NCBI GenBank assembly: GCA_044508625.1
Contig: JBIQHJ010000003.1
Coordinates: forward strand, 2,104 to 66,103
Direction: 5' to 3'
Length of the DNA stretch: 64,000 bases
From: Alcaligenaceae bacterium
GTDB lineage: Bacteria > Pseudomonadota > Gammaproteobacteria > Burkholderiales > Burkholderiaceae_B
Shown here: positions 59,762 to 64,000 of the stretch, in pieces
How positions within the stretch are numbered: position 1 is the first letter of the stretch
Layout: the number at the start of each line of letters is the position of its first letter
Made by a program: the position numbers and the translations under genes
Notes under the pieces: model-generated
Seen by the model: only the letters and a program-made list of their open reading frames with translations
Databases searched by the model: none
What the model was told of the DNA's origin: nothing

Positions 59762-59769
59762 CCGGGACG

Positions 59770-59805
59770 AGGTTATATGCATTAATTGTAACGCGCATAT
59801 AACCT
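59770..59805. repeat. 11-bp perfect inverted repeat upstream of the NTase remnant
   Basis: AGGTTATATGC-N14-GCATATAACCT. Confidence 0.85.
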
Positions 59806-59923
59806 GGATCAGTCAACAAGCGAGTTGGCCAATTTTGCAAGGTTTCCCCTCGCCTGGTCGTTGCGGGCTTTGGGGGCCAGGCGCCTTTGCCAGAGGCTCT
59901 TTCAGTGGCGCGGCAGGGGGGCA

Positions 59924-60718
59924 TCAGTCCGTCCCCAGGTCGCTCATGATCCGGCCGGCCTCGGCCTTCAGCAGTTCGACGAGGTCCTTGCGCCGCGTCA
60001 CGTCCATGCGGCCGTAGTTTGCCGCGATGCTCAGGGCGGCTATCGCCTGCTTGCCGAGATGGATGGCCACGCCGACGCCGTACATGCCTTTCAGGATATG
60101 CCCGGGGTTGAAGGCGTAGCCGCGTTCGCGCGTGTCGGCGATCGCCCGGCGCAGGGTGTCCTCGGTCACGTTCGGATAGGCTTTCAGGCGTCCGGCGTTG
60201 CGCCGCAGGATGTTCTCGACTTCCGGATCGGGCGCGGCCGCCAGCAGGGCGAGGCTGCCGGATCCGACGCCCAGTGGCCGGCGAGTGCCGACGTTCTGGG
60301 TCAGGACCCGCAGGGGAAAGGCGCCCTCCCGCCGGTCGATGCACACCGCGTCCGTGCCGCTGCGGATGGTGAGCATGACCGTATCGCCGGTCGCCGCCGC
60401 GAGGCGTTCCAGCGAGGGCTGGGTCAGGGCGCGGATGTCCAGCCGGTTGGCGGCGCGCGCGCCCATCGACAGGAATTCCAGGCCCAGGTAATAGACGCGG
60501 CTGCCTACCGCCTGCTCGACGAAACCCTCGTTCAGCAGGGATTTGAGCAGGCGGTGCAAGGTGCCTTTGCTCAGCCCGGTCTGCGCCTGCAGGTCGGAGA
60601 AGCGCATGCCCGAGGCGGAGGCGTTGAGCGAGAGGATGTGTAGGATCTCGAGCGCGCGCTTGACGCTCTGGACCGTGTCCGGGCCGTGCTTGGCGCTGTC
60701 CTGGGCGGATGGTGTCAT
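59924..60718 (-). CDS. IclR-family transcriptional regulator
   Basis: VQSVKRALEIL, GLSKGTLHRLL, YYLG, GDTVML and TRERGYA. Confidence 0.9.
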   Translation of the reverse strand: MTPSAQDSAKHGPDTVQSVKRALEILHILSLNASASGMRFSDLQAQTGLSKGTLHRLLKSLLNEGFVEQAVGSRVYYLGLEFLSMGARAANRLDIRALTQPSLERLAAATGDTVMLTIRSGTDAVCIDRREGAFPLRVLTQNVGTRRPLGVGSGSLALLAAAPDPEVENILRRNAGRLKAYPNVTEDTLRRAIADTRERGYAFNPGHILKGMYGVGVAIHLGKQAIAALSIAANYGRMDVTRRKDLVELLKAEAGRIMSDLGTD

Positions 60719-60865
60719 GCTGGTGTCGCGAAAGAGGCCTGGGTTCCGCGCGGCACGGCTGGGCGGCGCATCCGATCAGCATGTATAACCCATGGCGGCT
60801 GCGCTCGGCAATGCGCCAGGGGGTATCCGTGCGCCGGATGCCTGGCGGGTCTGGTCCGGCGGATA

Positions 60866-61348
60866 TCATTGGCCCGCCAGCAGGCGGGTGGCGGTGTAGG
60901 TCATGACGTCTTCGCCATGCTGGTTCCGCACGTCGATGCGCGAATCCACGACCGCCCGGTTCCCCGTGGAGGTCGGCCGTATCGAGGTGATCTCGATGGT
61001 CGCCTCTATGGTGTCGCCGACCTGCACGGGCTTGAGCATCTTCTTGTGGACCTCCAGGAGGGCGAGGCCGGTGCCCTGCACCATGCCCTGCAGGATGAAG
61101 CCCTCGATGAGGGCGTAGGTCAGGGCGCCGGGCACCGGGCGGCCGCGCATGGCCCCATGCTCGAAGGTCGAGTCGATGAAGATCGCCTCCAGCATCCCCG
61201 TGGCGCTGATGAAATTGACCAGGTCGGTCTCGGTGACCGTGCGCCTGAAGGTCCGGTAGACCTGGCCCACGGCGATGTCCTGCCAGTAGCATCCCTGGGC
61301 GATCCGTATGGCCTCGTTCGTCGGCATTGTGCGCTCCTCGTGGGGCAT
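60866..61348 (-). CDS. MaoC/hotdog-fold dehydratase family protein
   Basis: YWQDIAVGQ, RRTVTETDLVNF and KPVQVGDTI. The start may be 61327. Confidence 0.8.
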   Translation of the reverse strand: MPHEERTMPTNEAIRIAQGCYWQDIAVGQVYRTFRRTVTETDLVNFISATGMLEAIFIDSTFEHGAMRGRPVPGALTYALIEGFILQGMVQGTGLALLEVHKKMLKPVQVGDTIEATIEITSIRPTSTGNRAVVDSRIDVRNQHGEDVMTYTATRLLAGQ

Positions 61349-61357
61349 TGGCGGCTC

Positions 61358-62458
61358 CTAGAAGGTGACGATCCCGCGGATCAGTTCCCCGCGGCCCACC
61401 TTTTCCAGCCCCTGGTTGATGGCGGACAGCGGCATGCGTTCGGTGATCAGGCGGTCGAGCTCCAGGCTTCCCTCGAGGTAATCCTCGGCGTACCGATGGA
61501 AATCATCGTGTGCGCAGCCCCCGCCGAGGCTCGAGCGGATGATGCGCTTTTCGCCCATCATGGATCCGAATCGCAGCGAAACGTGGCGCCCCGGATCGAC
61601 CTTGCCCAGGATGATCAGGCTTCCTCCCATGCGCGTCGCGTCCAGCGCCGACTGGAATGCGGGTTCCGAGCCGGCGGCCTCGAACACATAGTCCGCGTAT
61701 CGGCCGTCGGTGAGCGCCGCCAGGATTCCGAGGGGATCTTCCGTGGAGGCGTTGGCGCAGTGGGTGGCGCCCATTTCGCGTGCGAGCGCCAGGCGCTCGT
61801 CGGAGGTGTCCACGGCGCAGATGATTCCGGCCCCGACGCGCCGGGCGCCCTGGATGACGTTCAAGCCGACGGGCCCGCAGCCGATGACGGCGACGCTGGC
61901 GCCGTACTCGACTTTCGCGACCCGGGTGACGGCGCCGACGCCGGTGATGACGGCGCAGGCCAGGATGCAGGCGCGATCCGAGGGTATCGCAGCGGGGACG
62001 GGGACCGCGCCTTGCGCGGGCACGACGATGTATTCGCCGAAGGCTGCGACGCTCATGAACTGCTGCACGGGGACGCCATTGCGCTCGAGGCGGTGCCGGC
62101 CGTCTGGCAGCCGGCCCGCCCTGTGGCTGGCGAGCACGGGCTGGCAGAGCATCGGCTGCGCCCGCCGGCAGTAATAGCAATGCCCGCAGGCCGGATACAC
62201 GGTGCATACGACCTTCTGGCCGGGCTTCACCGTGTCGACCTCGGGCCCGACGTCCTCGACGATGCCGGCGCATTCATGCCCCAGGATGATGGGCACGGGG
62301 GCGGGAAAGCCGCCCTGCTGGACCTCCCAGTCGGTATGGCAGAGACCCGCGGCCTCGACGCGCACCAGCACGTCGGCCGGCCCCAGCCGGCACAGGCTGA
62401 CCTCGTCGATCTCCAGGGGCTGCCCCGGCGCAATGTGGATCGCGGCGGCGAACTTCAT
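61358..62458 (-). CDS. Zn-dependent alcohol dehydrogenase
   Basis: GLCHTD, GHE, CGHCYYCRRAQPMLC structural Zn site and GCGPVG. Confidence 0.9.
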   Translation of the reverse strand: MKFAAAIHIAPGQPLEIDEVSLCRLGPADVLVRVEAAGLCHTDWEVQQGGFPAPVPIILGHECAGIVEDVGPEVDTVKPGQKVVCTVYPACGHCYYCRRAQPMLCQPVLASHRAGRLPDGRHRLERNGVPVQQFMSVAAFGEYIVVPAQGAVPVPAAIPSDRACILACAVITGVGAVTRVAKVEYGASVAVIGCGPVGLNVIQGARRVGAGIICAVDTSDERLALAREMGATHCANASTEDPLGILAALTDGRYADYVFEAAGSEPAFQSALDATRMGGSLIILGKVDPGRHVSLRFGSMMGEKRIIRSSLGGGCAHDDFHRYAEDYLEGSLELDRLITERMPLSAINQGLEKVGRGELIRGIVTF

Positions 62459-63249
62459 GCGATCCCTCGGTCGTCGCCGGACGTCACGGGCTCGAACAGG
62501 CGCGAGCAGACGTATTCCGGGCGCGGGTTCTGAACGTCGTCGGGCCGGTTGTCCTGGCGGTTGTAGACGAAGTACATCTGCCAGCGTGCGCGAGGCGACA
62601 TGTTGTGGCCCGAGCCGTGCACGATGTTGGGATGGAAGATGACGGCCGTGCCGGGCTCGCCGGTGATGGCCACGGGATCGCCGTGTTCTTCCATGAGCTC
62701 GATCATGCGCTGCTTGGGAACGGTCCAGAGCTTGTACGACGTGGTCCTGTCGTCCATTTCCGGATCCAGCCGGCCCAGCTTGTGCGATCCCGGAATGAAG
62801 TACAGGCAGCCGCTCAGTTCGCTGGCCTCGTTCAGCATGACGAGGGCCGTGGTCATGCCGTCGGCCGAGGGCACGCCGTCGACTTTCCAATAGCCATAGT
62901 CCTGGTGCCACTGCCAGATCGCGCCGTCGATGGCGTCCTTGAGGTTCAGCTTCGAGTGATAGATGTATAGGTCGGTGCTGCGCAGGACATCCTGGATGGG
63001 CTTCATCAGCCGGGGGACGCGGGCCATGGCATGGAATGGCCGGGAATGCGTCGGGCTCGCGGCATCGTGCGAGCGGAAGATCGTGCGCACGGTTCCGCTC
63101 TTTTCGCGCACGATGTGGTCGGTCTCGATGCCGGCCATGCGGCTGATGTCCGCGCGGGCGGCCTCGATCTCTTTTGCCGAGAATAGCCCGTGCAGGATGA
63201 CGAACCCGTTTTCGTCGTATTCCTTGATCTGTGCCTTGGTGAGATGCAT
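62455..63249 (-). CDS. Fe(II)/2-oxoglutarate dioxygenase, PhyH family (proline/ectoine-hydroxylase-like)
   Basis: HSKLNLK, WHQDY (HxD), NGCL-like SGCLYFIPGSH, and distal His in IVHGSG followed by Arg. Confidence 0.85.
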   Translation of the reverse strand: MHLTKAQIKEYDENGFVILHGLFSAKEIEAARADISRMAGIETDHIVREKSGTVRTIFRSHDAASPTHSRPFHAMARVPRLMKPIQDVLRSTDLYIYHSKLNLKDAIDGAIWQWHQDYGYWKVDGVPSADGMTTALVMLNEASELSGCLYFIPGSHKLGRLDPEMDDRTTSYKLWTVPKQRMIELMEEHGDPVAITGEPGTAVIFHPNIVHGSGHNMSPRARWQMYFVYNRQDNRPDDVQNPRPEYVCSRLFEPVTSGDDRGIA

Positions 63250-63297
63250 GTCGATCCTCCGTTGATGGTGGTGGGTGGCTGCGGATGCCGTGCCGGC

Positions 63298-64000
63298 CTA
63301 TTGCTGCCCGACGCCGGGCAGCCAGAGCGCAAGCTGGGGGAACAGCAGGACCAGCAGCAGCGCCAGCAACTGCAGGCCCACGAATGGCCAGACCGACCGG
63401 AACAGCTCGGAAAGCGAGGTGTCCGGGGGCGTCACGGCCTTCAGGTAGAACACGGCCGGCCCGAAGGGCGGCGTCAGGTATGAGACCTGCATGTTGATCG
63501 AGAACAGGATGCCGAACCAGATCAGGTCGATTCCGGCCGCGGACAGGATGGGCAGGAATATCGGCATGGTCAGGATCAGGATTCCGATCACGTCGATCAG
63601 CATGCCGAGCAGCAGCAGGATCAGCATCATCATCAGCAGCAACTGCATGGGTCCGAAGCCCAGGCCATTGATGAGCTCCGACAGGTACGACACGCCGCCC
63701 GCCCTCGAGTACACGCTGATCATTGCGTTCGCGCCGAAGAACGTCCACATCAGCATGCCGATGGTGACGGAGGTCTGCTTGAGCGCATTGCCGATGCTGG
63801 CGAGCGTGAGCTGCCTGTTGGCGGCCGCCGCCACGATGGCCCCGAACACGCCGATGCTGGCGGCCTCGGTGGGGGTCGCGATCCCGCCGTACAGCGAGCC
63901 CAGGACGGCGACGATGATGGTGAGCGGCAGGACGAGGTCTTTCGCGAGCGCGAGCTTTTCCCGGGAGGAAATCGCCAGTTCCTCCGGAGGCGCCGCGGGA
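63298..64000 (-). CDS. TRAP transporter large permease (DctM), partial; 5' end beyond the window
   Basis: GGIATPTEAA, GMLIDVIGIL..PIFLP, WFGILF and LTPPFG. Confidence 0.88.
   Translation of the reverse strand, partial: PAAPPEELAISSREKLALAKDLVLPLTIIVAVLGSLYGGIATPTEAASIGVFGAIVAAAANRQLTLASIGNALKQTSVTIGMLMWTFFGANAMISVYSRAGGVSYLSELINGLGFGPMQLLLMMMLILLLLGMLIDVIGILILTMPIFLPILSAAGIDLIWFGILFSINMQVSYLTPPFGPAVFYLKAVTPPDTSLSELFRSVWPFVGLQLLALLLVLLFPQLALWLPGVGQQ

Overview
A GC-rich bacterial chromosomal segment (hand count 47/60 GC in the line at 5041). Gene content suggests a betaproteobacterium, probably Alcaligenaceae-like; this is inference, not a database match. Five blocks: (1) 0.26-27.2 kb, a Fur-controlled iron island with a complete catechol siderophore operon (entE, stand-alone ArCP, Ser-specific entF, a YncE lipoprotein, entC, entB, entA), a PPTase, two esterases, a FecBCDE-type ABC importer, an ECF sigma/anti-sigma/TonB-receptor/YncE/MacAB operon and a FepA/PfeA-type receptor. 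(2) 27.3-39.8 kb, housekeeping genes: a Y1-transposase-fold protein lacking its catalytic residues, fadB/fadA-like genes, pgi, an NCS2 permease, LysE, a DUF2238-like protein, ALDH and an O-antigen ligase. (3) 39.9-44.7 kb, a compound tandem-repeat tract, rfaH, an autotransporter and three toxin-antitoxin modules whose toxins are all broken. (4) 44.7-58.4 kb, an ops-led, AT-rich surface-polysaccharide cassette with composition breaks inside marR(EPS) and wbpM. It encodes an orphan TPP-dependent E1 alpha/beta pair, a methyltransferase, an aminotransferase and an antisense ligase. (5) 58.4-64 kb, IS and nucleotidyltransferase remnants and an IclR/MaoC/ADH/2OG-dioxygenase/TRAP cluster that runs off the window. 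The best candidates for undescribed biology are the predicted branched-sugar glycan pathway, the catalytically dead transposase, and the YncE/MacAB additions to the siderophore system. All calls come from motif recognition by eye. Start codons were chosen from stop/start overlaps and RBS context and may be off by a few codons.
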